Below the pieces are notes generated by a model, which had not been told where the DNA came from, did no database searches, and worked only from the letters and a program-made list of their open reading frames with translations. DNA of 38,412 nucleotides from Vezdaea acicularis (taxonomy: Eukaryota): positions 1-38,412 of the forward strand of contig JAPEUI010000141.1 of NCBI GenBank assembly GCA_026025075.1, read 5' to 3'. Below, piece after piece: positions 11,642 through 26,800 of the stretch. Every line of letters starts with the position of its first letter. The first letter of the stretch is position 1. Made by a program: the position numbers and the translations under genes.

Positions 11642-12291
11642 GGGCCCGTGTAGGATAGTCCCTGGGCGTTGCTGTTGCTCTGGCGTTGTTGCTGCCTGTG
11701 TCTTTCTGGCGTTCTTGGAGGATTGCAAAGCGGTGCCCTCTTCTTTGATATGGGGATCTGGATAATGTATGGAGTTGTGCTGTACAGTACATACGGGAAA
11801 TAGAAGCTTCGGAACACTCGTATCGCTGCCTTGGAAAATCAAAAACTTCGAAATGATATCACCTCACAATCACGCATAACCGTGAGTTGAACCTAGAAAT
11901 GTGAAACGTGTGGATCTTTGCTTTATTGCTAGTTGCAAGCATGCCCCCCTTTTTCTTTCCTCATCACGTGTCCTGCTCGATGGGATTGGAAGGCGAAAGA
12001 GGGCCCAGATAGTCGATGATGGACATACTGATTCGGCGAGGGCATAACAGCCGAGATATAAACCCACGTATGCTGTGCGGTACAAGGCGAGGGTTTAGAA
12101 TGGTAAAAGGCTATAATGCTGGGGTCTTGGAACTGATCCTTCTTCTCCTCTTGCGTCTATGAAGAAACAGGGGCGCACCAATCCTATGAAGAAAGCCGCC
12201 GACTTAAAGATAGGTAAGGGTTGACATGTATTATCGAAACTCATCTATGCGTATCCGAACTATTCGTGGTCCCCAGTCGCCGTTGTCACAT

Positions 12292-13818
<1,527 letters not shown>

Positions 13819-14263
13819 GATTATAGCGAGCTTAGATTTTGTCTCAAGTTTAGATATGGGCTTGGTAAATTCGAAAACGAAGATGAGGGTCGTGGACTGT
13901 TGAGAGCGGTGAGTCCGGGGTTTTCAAGGGTCCCGCCGTTAGTGCCTGGCGGAGCTCGGGAGTGATGTCGGAGCCGTGGGCAGATTCCGGAGCTGCACGT
14001 GCGGGCAAAGTCGAGCTCCTAGAAGCCGGAAGGATAGTCCTTTCGTATTACCAAAATGATGTTTACTGCTTACGATGATTCTGCACTTTAGAAGTGAAAT
14101 TAACCGGTTATTAAATATTCATGCCACAGAACCATGCATCTGGTCTCTCGCGTCACCAACATGAGTTTCGCGAAAGTCGCGGGCGATATGCCGCCAGAAT
14201 TTAAAGATCGTGGACGTGTTTTGCGCCTCCTTCGACTGCAAATTTCTGCAGCGCTTTCACAAC

Positions 14264-17200
14264 ATGGACGACTTATATGACGAGTGAGTTTGAGCGTAAT
14301 AGCTGTAAGGGTACATTATGAAATCTAATATGTCATGCCAGGTTCGGTAATTACATTGGAGAGGCAGAATCATCTGAGGAAGAGTCTCAACAAGGCGGGG
14401 CCGGCGCAGATGCTTATCTTCAGGATGAAGAGCCAGAAGAAGAAGCGGAGGTTAATGACCAACAATTGATGGAGCTAGATGGTTCGTGTTTCCTATCCTC
14501 TGGCTTGAATGGCCCGCATATACTTACATTAGCGCAGATGAGGGACCTTCGAATGCTGTCGTCCTGCATGAAGACAAGCAATACTATCCTACCGCGCAGC
14601 AAGTATACGGAGAAGATGTGGAGACTATGGTACAAGAAGAGGATGCGCAGCCCTTATCACAGCCGATAATAGCGCCAATACAGAAAAAGAAGTTTGTGGT
14701 TCAGGAGGCAGATCTGCCAACGGTATACTTCAGTAGAGATTTCATGACGGATTTAATGAACTTTCCTGAACAAATAAGGAACGTTGCTTTTGCTGGTCAT
14801 CTGCATCATGGGAAAACAGCGCTTATGGATATGCTGGTCCTTCAGACACATGATATAATCGACCGATTAGAGAAGAAGACGGGCAAGAAAAGGGACGAAC
14901 AACTACGATACACGGATGTCCATGTTTTGGAACGAGAGCGAGGACTGTCGATAAAAGCGGCACCAATGAGCCTAGTACTGCAAGGCACAAGGGGCAAATC
15001 ACATCTCATCAACATTCTCGACACGCCAGGGCACGTGAACTTTGTAGATGAGGTCGCGTCCTCTATACGACTGGTCGATGGTGTGGTACTAGTTGTGGAT
15101 GTGGTCGAAGGCGTGCAAGTCAACACTGAGCAAATCATTCGGCATGCAGTACTGGAGGACATGCCTTTAACCTTGGTGATCAACAAGGTGGACAGGCTAA
15201 TCTTAGAGCTTAAACTGCCGCCAAACGACGCCTATTTCAAGCTAAAGCATGTCGTTGAAGAGGTCAATACTGTCATCGAGAACACACTACCAGGCCAGGG
15301 TGAAAAGAGACGCTTAAGTCCTGAGAAAGGGAATGTTGCATTTGCTTGTAGTAGCATGGGCTGGTGTTTCACCTTGCCTTCCTTTGCTCGGATGTACTCA
15401 GATAGTTATCCGACTATCAATGCGCAAGAATTCAGCAGGAGGTTATGGGGCGACATATTCTTCAATCCTAAAAGCCGAAAGTTTACACGCAAGGCCATGG
15501 AGGAGCGAGCAAAACGAACATTTGTCAACTTCGTCCTCGAGCCAATATACAAGCTGTACTCTCACACCATCAGCGAGAGCCCGGAAGAGCTTAAGGGTAC
15601 ACTGAGCAGTCTCGGGATAACTCTAAAGCCTTCACAGTACAAAACAGACGCAATGGTCTTGCTCAAGTCAGTATGCGAAAAGTTCTTCGGCGAAGCCAAT
15701 GGCCTAGTGGATATGATAGTCGAGCATATTCCCTCGCCAGTTGAGGGCGCAATGAAGAAACTGGAGCGCTATTATACTGGTCCATCAGATTCCGAAACTG
15801 CCAAATCAATAGAGGCCTGCAATCAGGGTGGCCCACTTGTAATTCAGATCACCAAACTGTTCAATACTCCGGATGCAAGTAGTTTCTATTCCTTCGGTCG
15901 AGTTATGAGCGGTACTGCCAAACCTGGTCAACAAGTCCGCGTCCTTGGTGAAGGCTACTCTCTCGATGACGAGGAAGACATGACAAACGCAACTATCTCA
16001 GACGTTTGGATTGCAGAAACTCGCTACAATGTCCCCACATCCGGGATCCCTGCCGGTAACTGGGTCCTCCTCGGCGGAATCGACAACTCAATCGTCAAAA
16101 CCGCAACTCTTGTCCCTCCTAAACTCCCCTTAGACGAAGACGCATATATATTCAAGCCCGTCAAGCACTTCACCGAATCTGTTTTCAAAGTAGCCATTGA
16201 GCCCATCAACCCGTCCGAACTCCCCAAAATGCTTGACGGTCTCCGCAAAATCAACAAATCCTATCCTCTCATCTCTACCAAAGTCGAAGAGTCTGGCGAA
16301 CACATCATCCTCGGCACAGGCGAGCTCTACATGGACTGCGTTCTGCACGACTTGCGCCGGCTGTACTCCTCTATGGAACTTAAGGTCTCCGACCCTGTCA
16401 CCCGCTTCAGCGAGACTGTCGTCGAGACATCGGCCATAAAATGCTTCGCTCTGACACCCAATAAAGCCAACAAAATCACCATGGTAGCCGAGCCGCTCGA
16501 CAGCGGCATTGCCGAAGACATCGAGACCGGGCGCGTGAAAATCACCTCTCCTATTCGCGTAGTGGGCAAATTCTTTACCGAGAACTACGGGTGGGATTTA
16601 CTTGCCTCGCGCAGTATCTGGGCGTTCGGGCCGGACGATGTAGGCCCAAACATCCTGCAGGATGATACGCTCGCGGGCGAGGTTGATAAGAAGAGCTTGA
16701 ATACCGTGAGAGACACGATTCGGCAAGGCTTCAACTGGGCGACAAGAGAGGGACCGCTCTGCGAGGAGCCGATCAGGAACACTCTCTTCAAGCTGACCGA
16801 TATCAGTCTCGCGGCGCAGGCATTGCAGCGCGGTGGCGGACAGATCATCCCGACGGCGCGACGGGCGTGCTACTCCTCCTTCCTGATGGCCTCGCCACGC
16901 CTCATGGAGCCAGTCTACAGCGTACACATGACCGGCCCTGCCGACGCCGTGACCTCGCTATACACAGTTCTATCCCGTCGCCGCGGCCACGTACTCTCTG
17001 ACGGTCCGATCGCCGGGACTCCTCTCTACGCCGTGAAGGGACTCCTTCCCGTAATCGACAGCTTCGGGTTCGAGACCGATCTTCGGATATACACGCAAGG
17101 CGCCGCGAGCGTGAGTATGGTGTTTGATCGGTGGTCGGTCGTGCCTGGCGATCCGCTGGATACGGGGATTAGGTTAAGGCCACTGGAGATGGCCCCGGTG

Positions 17201-17344
17201 CAGAGTACGGCCAGGGACTTTGTAGTCAAGACAAGGAGGCGGAAGGGATTGGCGGAGGAGGTGGGCGTTGCGAGGTATCTCGAACGGGAGGTGGTAGAGG
17301 GGCTGAGGGCTAGTGGGGTGCTAGACGGGAGCGCACTAGCTTGA
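14264..17344 (+). CDS. SNU114: U5 snRNP 116-kDa EF-2-like GTPase
   Basis: Starts MDDLYDE|FGNYIG with introns at 14284-14341 and ~14482-14538. Contains VVLHEDKQYYP, GHLHHGKT, DTPGHVNF, INKVD and C-terminal FGFETDLR...IRLRPLE. Confidence 0.97.
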
Positions 17345-17784
17345 AAGAGAAATAACCAATGCTAGAAAGGAGGGAACGTGATGTGCAGAGAGAAGAATTG
17401 ACTGCTAAACTAGAAGCGGTATCTATAAGGACATGTGATTGGTTCGCGCCTGCGCTTTGAGTAGAAGTACACTGTGTAGAATACAAAAGTCGTTGAAATC
17501 CATCATGCAACTATCCTTGAAAAGCTCCTAACATAATGTCCCATTAATCACTTCATATGAAATCTCGTCCTAACGGCATTGCGTATCGCTATCGGCACAC
17601 CAAATCCAAATTCTTGAATAAACCAGCAAGAATCTCATGCATACAGAGATTTACCCAGGGAAAATTCCGCCGTCCAAAGTCGTCGATGGAAGATCCGGGA
17701 GCATTATTTGAAAGACATTTAAGCCATTCACGAGCCAGCCGTAAGTCATTCAAACCGAATGCGCATCACTTTCGTAGAGCTTCG

Positions 17785-20700
17785 TCATCTCGCCCTCTTT
17801 CCCCTTCCATCGTCACCTCCAATTCCCATTCCCTCCAGCACTGCAGATCCGGGTTGATTTCCGAAGTCTCGTCTCCTCTTCACGCCCGTCCCATATACAC
17901 TCGCTACACTATCTTGCCACATGCTCGGGCTCACGAATGTAGGGAGTATTGGCTGAGATGCATTACTGCCAGGAACTTGTTGAGAAGTAGGTGGAGATTG
18001 GCTGGACGGGTGGTATTGAGGTTGGATTGGGGGCGGGGTGTGGTGTTGTTGCAAGGATTGGAGTTGTTGTGGTAAAGACGTTGAGAGGGAAGAGTCGAAC
18101 GGAGATTGTTGAAGCGGGTCGGAATGGCTGCGGGGGATTGGAAGAGGGTTGCTAGTAATATTGGTAGGAGGAGGAGACTGAAGTGCTGGTGTCTGCCCGA
18201 AAGCAGTGTGCCATTGATCAAAGATGCGAGTTGGGTTCCAAGCACTCGCATCAAAGCTTGGCGCGCTCGTTACGTGATGGTGTTGAGAGTAATGGGGATG
18301 TTGTTGAGGGGCTTCGCTGACCGACATCATTGTTAAAGCATCAAGATTCGCTGGTGAACCGTGCTGTGAATCGGCAGATATTGGTGGAGTAAGCGGCTGC
18401 GTGGTGTAGACAAAGTGAGAAGTAGGGTCCATGGGGATGGAAGAGAGAGGTGTGATACTGTGGGAAGCGAACTCCATTGGATTAGGGGTCAAGGTTGTTT
18501 GAGGAAGAGGGCTATTGAGTGGGAAGCTAGACTTTAGTTCGAAAGGCTTCGATGTATCTGCTGAAAAAGCTTCACGAAGCGCGTCGATTTGATCTTGTAT
18601 CTCTGGCATAGGCCAGGAAGAGGTACATCGCTCAAGAATCCGCATATGACGACTGAAATAATCTCTGGCATCAGTGTTGAATTCTGGATCGGGTGATGTG
18701 ATGGCAGCCTAAGTCTGGTAAGTAGGTTTCAAAGAACGAGGACTCTATACACTTACAAGGTGAAGTACGGTGCAGGTCAGTATACAATAAATGGTGAAAT
18801 TTATGCCGCGCTGCATGCAAAGAAGCCCAGTAAGGCCAAAGGTGTTGAGGATGGCCTCCTGCATTCTACAAAGGTTCTTCGCTGCATTGTAGCAAAGTAT
18901 CATATGCTGTTTCCATTCGCCACCAGGAGCAAAAGAACTTTCAAGAGCTAATTGTGGCCGGTGTAGCAAGAGAATACTTAGGTAATAATATGAATGCATA
19001 TTGCCAACCATATGTGATGAGATCTTCGGAGGTGAATTATCGGGAGGGTAGGGGACCTGTAAATCGCGAGGTAGATGGTGCAGCCATTCCATTATCATTG
19101 GATTCAGTCGTACAAAGTCGGGATCAGCTCCCCAATCCTTCACCTTCTTCTTCTTGAGCGCAGCCATGGTATCATTCATAGTGCGTACATTCAGCACGAT
19201 TTTCGCAAAGAAGTTGAAGTCTCGCGATATACGCTGTTCCGACTGGTCTATTCCGACTGCTAAAGCCGGAGACCTCAAATCAATCGAATCTGGATTCACC
19301 GACATGTCCGTTCGGCCTACGGAAAGTGAGTAAACGTATATCTTAGGTATTAGGAGATTTCGAACCTTGTGGTGCACCAATCATAAGCTCAATAACAAAC
19401 AGTGTAAGCCATACCCTCGTCTTTGCTAGACATTCTGATGGTATCGAACCACAAGTGATACCATTTTCGTGTTGGGCATAGTGCTCATCGAGACCAAGAT
19501 CCTTTGCCATCGCCACCAGCGTCACGACCGTCATCCAAGATCGGTAGTAGTACCCTGGCTTCGGCACAGACTCACGAGCTTTCATTACTAGCAGCATTGC
19601 CTGAATGGTGCTCAGACGTGGAACATCCATGAATGCGTCAGAATGCTTTCCTACCAAGGAAAGCCAGGTTTGGCCTTGCGATTTACTCTTGGAGAGCATT
19701 CCAGCACATGCAAAAACAGCTTCAAGAAGAAGAGGTGAGATCGAATCTCTGTTGTTAAACCAATCATCATAGAAGACAGCTTTATTGAGCACAGGAACAT
19801 AAGGATGTATGTTGTTGAAGAAGATTTCGAAGTATTTTAGAGCCTGTGCCTCAGATGGCATATACTCAGGGGGTATCCGGACTGTAAGGTCGGGTCCAAT
19901 TGTATAAGGTAAGGAGTGAGAATCAATATTCTCTTGCGGATGCGTTTCAGCAAGATTTCTCCTTTTATGTGATATATACGGCGCTGTAAATTCAGTCAGT
20001 ACACAAAGAAATGAAAAGCCGAATCTTTAACATACCGACGCCAGCATCATCGATTTTTAGTTCGCCTAATGTCTCACTCAACTCTGCACCGGATTGTTCA
20101 GAATGCCAGGACTCTGCAGTGTCACTGGGTGCTTGAGTCGGAGGAGTGGGGAATAGCTCGGTTCGAAATTGGCTTTCCGGCATAGTAGCAGCGAATTGGT
20201 AGCCAAAAGCATCTGACTGCGTGCTTACAGGAAGGCGAAAAGGGGCAGACCGATACATTCCCATACCATCTGCATAAGTCGCTGGGATGTCGAAGCTCTG
20301 GTTGGTAGCATCATCGCCAATAAACTGCTGCTCAACAGAAGCTCGCTGCTCATAGTCGCCTGATTTCGCGCTGTTGTTCGATGTGCTGAACTCTGGTTGA
20401 TCATTATGTTCGTAGTTCTCCGTATCATTCTGGTCGCCATTCGAGAAATCCCTTTCGCCATTTAAAGTTGGTGGTACGCAATGAAGCTTGAGACGTATAC
20501 AGGCAGAACAAGGCCATGTATTGGTCGTAGCTGCGTCACACTTGATCTTTCGACGCCTGCACCCCTCACAAGCTCGCATTACTAGCAACTGTTAGGGGTT
20601 TGCAGATACTCTGCACAACTGCTTTACGCACCTTTAAGTCGTTTATGACGGTTATGCTCGTCCACGAAGACATAGCCTTTTGAACAGATTAGTGTCAGCT

Positions 20701-20847
20701 CCGTCACCTACAACTATCATGACCTCATCCTCAAAGATACTTACTTTTCTGATTCTCGCGGGGTCCAAGGTTTGGCGGGGCAAACGAAAAGGTCTGCATT
20801 TGGGCAGCTTGAGGGAGCAATGGTCTGCCAGTTGTCCCGATAGACAT
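17785..20847 (-). CDS. Zn(II)2Cys6 transcription factor with fungal-specific TF middle domain
   Basis: Spliced N-terminus MSIGTTGRPLLPQ...PRENQK|SYVFVDEHNRHKRLK|VMRACEGCRRRKIKCDAATTNTWPCSACIRLKLHC. Middle domain FFNNIHPYVPVL...STIQAMLL...MAKDLGL...RVWLTLF, then a P/Q/S-rich C-terminus. From memory it resembles the McrA/VAD-5/'Prf' group (unverified). Start codon provisional. Confidence 0.9.
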
Positions 20848-22367
20848 GTTGCTTATGTTGAAGCTGAAGGTTGGGGCTCGGGACAAAAAGCTAGTGGTGA
20901 TTATATATATCGCAGGATTCCTCTAGGGCCTCGTCTACATCTGGAGAAGGTGTTGCCTTTGTCGGCCTCGGTTGAACGAAGCCTTCGAAAAGGGCAACTT
21001 GCGACCTGACCTTCCCAAAACAATCGGCACTCGGTAAACAGGATCTATTGATACCCCGGAGGTAGATCATCCAAGAACTGCCAGCTGGAAAATTGGAAGG
21101 CCCGAGTCTGAACACACAGACAGCGCCTAGCCAATGCGCGCTGGTCGTTTGGGATGAGGTCAGGTTCAAACCGACTTGCGCACCGTGCACGCAAGAGGAA
21201 GAGAGGCGCAGCGGCCAGTTTTCACATGAAAGAGCAGGCTATTTTAAAGCACAGTATGACGCAGGATTCCTCAGCTTGAAGTTGTGTCGCTTGAATTCTA
21301 TCCTCTGGAATAGTCATTCGACTGGCCTTCGAGCTCCGTTTTCTTGTACGAGATGTACCGAGGGAAGGATTCTAGGTCCGGAGAATGGTATCAGCCGAAG
21401 TGCTATGCACAGGCACAAGGCAGCAGCCACCTCGACTGCCCTGGATCAGTTCCTGGACTACTTGGAAAGCTGGTGTGGTGAAAGGTACGGGGCAATGATA
21501 TACACCGAAACTGAGACGCAGGTGGGGGGCGAAGACAAGCTCGCGTGATGACAGTGGGGATTGTAACGCTGGGTGAGATGAATTACTAAAGCAGTCTAAC
21601 GCCTTGGTAACCGATGGAAGGATTTGAACAGGACAGTACAAAAAGGATACTAGATGCGCTAGATGTAGGGTAGTAAGAGGGTTGCTATCAGGTAGATCAA
21701 ATTCTGCAGTAGTTGTTTGAGACCTGGGTCCCAATATAGGTCAGTCGTGAGGATATATGGCAACTTTTCGCCGCAAAGGCAAAAGATTAGGCGACAGTAC
21801 GTAGCGAGGGGCAGGCCGATCTCCCCACTTGCCACTCAGGGCCTCTATATTCTCTACACATGCTGTGTAACGGAGACAAGATTATTAGATTACCATCTCT
21901 CTGGCATCACTGGCCTCGTGTGTCGCAACTTTTTTTCCCTTAAGTTTCGCTCTGTCGGCCTTTCAGAGTCATCGCAACGGCCACACCATCTGCACATCGC
22001 TGTAAGGACCACCGTGCGGGTCATCTCGCAGCTCAGCCGCATCGCAGTCAGCGCCGAGGTACAAAAATCATCATCGAATCATCTGCCAAGAAAGCCGTGA
22101 CACCTGCATTAGGGCCAGTCTCTGCGCCGTTGGACAAACAGACCTTCCCAAAACTTTCTTCGCCCGTATTCGTTCCTTTACATATCGAACCGGTTCGGAG
22201 ACTCGACATCTGCACATCTTCGTCTTTCTCGTACCAGCTCAACGGTCTGATCCTTTGTAACAGGGCATCGGAGATCATTTCCCCCCTCTCCCTGGGAGTC
22301 TTGATTGCATATCCGTGCCGAATTACCATTCAATCTCAACCAAGTACCTTTACCTGCGCGTCACACT

Positions 22368-22970
22368 ATGGCCGACCCCCTGAATGCGAACCCCACTATC
22401 CTCAACCCATCTGATCTCCCTACCCGCTTACGACGATCTTCCTCCAATGATATCAGTCCTAAACAATCGTTCCTCTTCTCCCACCGCGCTGTTTCTCCAG
22501 CTTACACTCCTTCCGACCCTTTCAGCACCTCTTCTCTCTTTCCGTCAGATATCTCTGACTCAGACGATGACCCTGAACCAATCGATCCACAAGAAATCTA
22601 CGACCTAATCAGCACGATCTCTGATCCTGAACATCCTCTATCTCTCGGCTCACTTGCCGTTGTCTCCTTGCCCGATATATCCATTTCGCCTCCGACTTCT
22701 CCCTCATCACAGATATCGGTTGTCACAGTACTCATCACGCCTACAATAACGCATTGTTCACTAGCGACAGTCATTGGTTTGGGCGTGCGCGTTAGATTGG
22801 AGCAGAGTCTTCCACCGCGGTTCCGGGTTGATGTCAGGATCAAGGAGGGCACGCACAGCACCGCAGAGGAGGTCAATAAGCAGTTGGCAGATAAAGAGAG
22901 GGTCGCAGCTGCACTAGAGAACGCGAGCTTGAGAGGTGTGGTGGGGAAGATGCTGGAGACGTGTCAGTAA
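22368..22970 (+). CDS. CIA2: Cytosolic Fe-S assembly protein Cia2 (FAM96B/MIP18 family)
   Basis: MADPLNANP...IDPQEIYDLISTISDPEHPLSL..L.VV...TPTITHCSLATVIGL...VNKQLADKERVAAALEN; single exon. Confidence 0.93.
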   Translation: MADPLNANPTILNPSDLPTRLRRSSSNDISPKQSFLFSHRAVSPAYTPSDPFSTSSLFPSDISDSDDDPEPIDPQEIYDLISTISDPEHPLSLGSLAVVSLPDISISPPTSPSSQISVVTVLITPTITHCSLATVIGLGVRVRLEQSLPPRFRVDVRIKEGTHSTAEEVNKQLADKERVAAALENASLRGVVGKMLETCQ

Positions 22971-23892
22971 CTTAGGCCATGCGCTTGACATGTCGAAGAT
23001 ATAAGAAGGGTTGAAAACTGCCGATGCTGCACAAAAATTGATCACAGAATTCTGCAGGTCTGAGTATGCAGCAGGCTTACAAATCAATCTTGCCGAAGGA
23101 CATAGTACTGTACATGCATATAAGACACATGGCCGCAGGGCTAAGATTGTTGCAATCAGAATCACCATATCACAACGATTAACCCTCAGGAAGCTGGAAT
23201 GAGATAGTCTCATGTGCAATACCCTCCTCTTTCTCATATCAACGAATTGTAAAGAGAAGAGAATAAGAAGACCAGCCGGGGCTCTGTAGGCCTTTTGAAG
23301 TCCAGACCCAGGGTACAGGGCTGGGAAATGCATGATTCACGGCTTACGAACGGAATACGAAAAGTTAAAGCTTAGCGATCAAGTTGCCTAAAGCAAAAAT
23401 TTTCTGATTCATAAAGAGATCTATAAGTCCATGTCAACAGTAGAGAATTAAACAAGCTGATGACTCCTGATGGTGTCCTCCTGTGCAAAGTTAGAACCTA
23501 TAGAACCCCTGAATAGCTCCTGACCTTAACCGTGAAACGGGGAATACGGTTGCTTAGAATCATCGGAGAATCAGGACGGAAAGGTCGACTTGAGGGCAAA
23601 TACCCCCTGAGCAGCTGATTATCTCCAGGGAAACTGCCGCTTAGGGGCACAGTAGTGGAAGACCGCAGAAGCATGGCACAGCGAGCGAAAGAAGAAGCGT
23701 AAAGAGAGTAAATGCTGTTGCTATCCATTCGAAGTACCTTGCCGTTATATCTAATGCAAAGTACTTATTCTTGCTTATGACGAGACCGCTAGCTCCAAGG
23801 ACGTAGACCACCCGCGCGTTAGCGAAATAGACTAAATAGCCTGATAAGAGCGTATCTTGATCAGCCAAGCTGCAAGTGCGGCAGAGATGACA

Positions 23893-26800
23893 TCAAGCCT
23901 CAGCTTCTTCCTCCTCCTCATCCTTCACGCTTCTCTTCCGCTTCCTCTCGTTCCCCGGTTCCATTTCCCCGTCCCCACCCTGCTCCCCCTTCCCATCCTC
24001 TTCCCTCGCCTCCCCCTCTTCCCCAGCCAGCAGCGTCTCCAACACATCCTTCTCAACCTTTTTATCCACCCCCGCAACCATATCATCGAGCCTCAACTTG
24101 CCCTGCCCCAGCCTCCAAATCGCCTCCTCCACCGTCCCCCTCGTCACCAACCTGACCACCTCTACCGGCCTGACCTGACCAACCCTATGCGCCCTATTCT
24201 CCGCCTGCACGTCTTCCTGGGGATTGAACGAGCTATCAAAAATGACCACCTTATTTGCCGCCGCGAGATTGATGCCTGCGCCGCCCGCTCCCGTGGAGAG
24301 GAGGAAACAACTGATACTCGTGTCCTTGTGGAAGAGATCGAGCAGGGTCTGGCGCTGATCGATTTTCGTCTGGCCGTCGAGGCGACAGTAGGAGATGGAC
24401 GCGGACTCGAGCACGGCTTCCAGCACGTCGAGCACGATCGTGAATTGGGAGAAGACGAGCGCGCGGTCGCCGTTGGTCTTGAACTCCTTCAGCAAGCGCA
24501 CGAGCGCCTGCACTTTGCCTGAATCCATCCATTCGCCGCCTGTCAGGCGGTAGGGTGAGAGCGTGCGCGTGTGTAGCCCGCAGAGGGAATGCAGTTCGAA
24601 ATCGGACATGACTTCCATATCCTCCAGGACGAGCTGCGGATCGGCATCCCATAGCTTTTCCTCGGCGATGCACTCGATTGACATGCGTTTGATGGTCGCA
24701 TCGGTGTAGAGGCGTCGGAAGAGGAGGGGGTGGATGGCTGCTTTGCGGAGGCGCATCAGCCGGTTGGTGATGGCTTCATCGGGCTTCTCGCCGCGGGCGC
24801 GGGTGGCGGCGATGGCGCGGATGGTGTCGAGTTCTGCGTCGTAAAGGGCGCGTTGGGAGTCAGTGAGCTCGCAGTATTCGACTCTATTTGTCTTCTTTGG
24901 GAGGTCCTTGAGGACTTGGTGTTTCCTGCGGCGGAGGACGAAGGGCGTCATCATGCTTTTCGCGCGAGCAATGCGCTGCGCCGACAAGAGGGCGGAGTGG
25001 TCTTCGTCAGTCGTCTTGGCTTTGTGTTTAAAGATGTAGTCAAGGTCATCTTTGCGCTGGCGGAAGAGGTTGGGGAGGACGAAGGAGAGGAGAGCGGCGA
25101 GTTCTTTGAGGTTGTTTTGAAGCGGCGTTCCTGTGAGTAGGAGGCGAAAGGGGGTCGGGATGCGCATTAATTGCTCGTAGCGCTGGGATTGAGCATTCTT
25201 AAGGAAGTGAGCTTCGTCGAAGACGCACACCTGTTTCTGTTAGCTACTAAAAGGGGGTTTGAGACTAGTTAAGACTTACGTTTGGTCTCAGCCTCCGAAG
25301 AAATTTGTTGTCAATTTTGGTTTGCGCAATGTTGTATGTAGTGACGATGACGTTGATCTCGCCTTTCATGTTCTCGATCCTCTCACGCATTTCCATTCGT
25401 TCATCTTGCAGACCTGTATTTTCGTTGCGTAAGTAGATGATATTATTAACGAACAAGAAGGTCTTACCATAGTACGGTTCTACGACAAGTACAGGGCAAA
25501 AGGTCTTAAACTCCCGCAGCCAATTCTCCAAAGTTGAACCAGGTACGATGATCAAGTGCGGTCCGTTGATCCCTCTCTCCAACAGATGGGCCAAAAATGC
25601 GATAACCTGGCAAGTCTTTCCAAGACCCATCTCATCTGCCAAAATGCAACTCAAGTTTTCTCGATAAAGGAGCGAAAGCCAGTTCAAGCCGACTAGCTGA
25701 TAATCCTTCAGGGTGATATCATTGCTCATACAAGCCGGCTGCCCAATGAATTGTTCATCCTTGGTACGATTTGCGGCGCCCTTGATCGCATCCTCAGCAT
25801 CATTGCCCGGTGAAGAGGGAGAGCTGCTTGGTGTCCCAATTCCAGAATCGCGTGTGGACGACTTCGACTCACTATTTGGCTTGACATCGAGACTGGCAAT
25901 ACTGAGCTCACCATTCGTTGAGCTGCCAAACACGTCGAAGCCCCATCTTTTCATTTCTGCTGCGACTGGCTTTCCGAGAGCCTCGCATTTGGCTACAAGT
26001 GAATCGACGGCTTCGTAGCCCGTCCACATGTCGAGACAGGTCTCAACAATCTTATCCCCGATTGGTTTCTGGTTTCTTGGTTTCCCACTCTTAGTGTAAG
26101 ACGGAGTAGAGCTGCTGATTTCGCGGACCTCCTCAAGATTCCTAAACCCGTTGCCTCTCTGAGAAAGTATTACTTGTGCGACTTCTTCAGTCACGCTGGC
26201 AATATCTGAGAGATCTTGTATTGGACAAGTGTTCAAAAACTTCAAGACTTTAGCCTCAAGCTCAACTTCTTTCCCATCTTCATCCCCAGTTTGAACAGCT
26301 GAATCAGAATCATCATAGTCACTCGCAGCTCTCTTGTGAGATACCGGCTTTTGTGGTTCGGGTGTTGGCAGGTCTGGTGAAGAGGGATGCTTGCGCCCTT
26401 GAACGAGCTTTCTTTTTGGCCTTTTTGGTGTGGCTGGCTGGGGTGCTCTAGCTTGAGTTGATGAGTACTTCTCCTGAATAGTCCGATTTGAAACCAATTG
26501 CCTCTTAGCAGCTAGCTTCGGCGGAGCTGAAGTTGGCTTTTGAGGTGAGATGTCATCTTCTCCTGAGGCCGTCAAATCTATTGCTCGCTCTGAGTCGTAT
26601 CGCTCGACAATTGCATCTAGCGCATTATCGTAATTGCCCTTATGGTGAATGAGAGCTGTCTTGCAAAGTAAGACTGAAGCACTAGGTATAACTGCTTGCA
26701 TATTTCGAATTTTTTGCCTCATATCAAAGTCAACGTCTTCGAGAGAGATATCCTGGACGGGTTGTGCCCGGGAAGGCCCGATCTGTTTGCGCTTTGGAAG

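Noticed and set aside
10988..11842. 284-aa minus-strand ORF
   Set aside because: Antisense to the DUF2415 WD40 exon, with no motif.
23179..23188. TTAACCCTCA resembling a telomerase RNA template
   Set aside because: Imperfect match to TAACCCTAA, and the interval is shorter than known Pezizomycotina telomerase RNAs.
23450..23700. Cluster of short GAAA-loop hairpins, CTGATGA and CAGG...AGCAG (hammerhead, SRP or group I intron-like)
   Set aside because: Stems are only 3-6 bp and the conserved cores cannot be assembled in the required order and spacing.
23857..25140. Plus-strand ORFs of 221 and 136 aa
   Set aside because: Antisense shadows of the GC-rich FUN30 3' exon.
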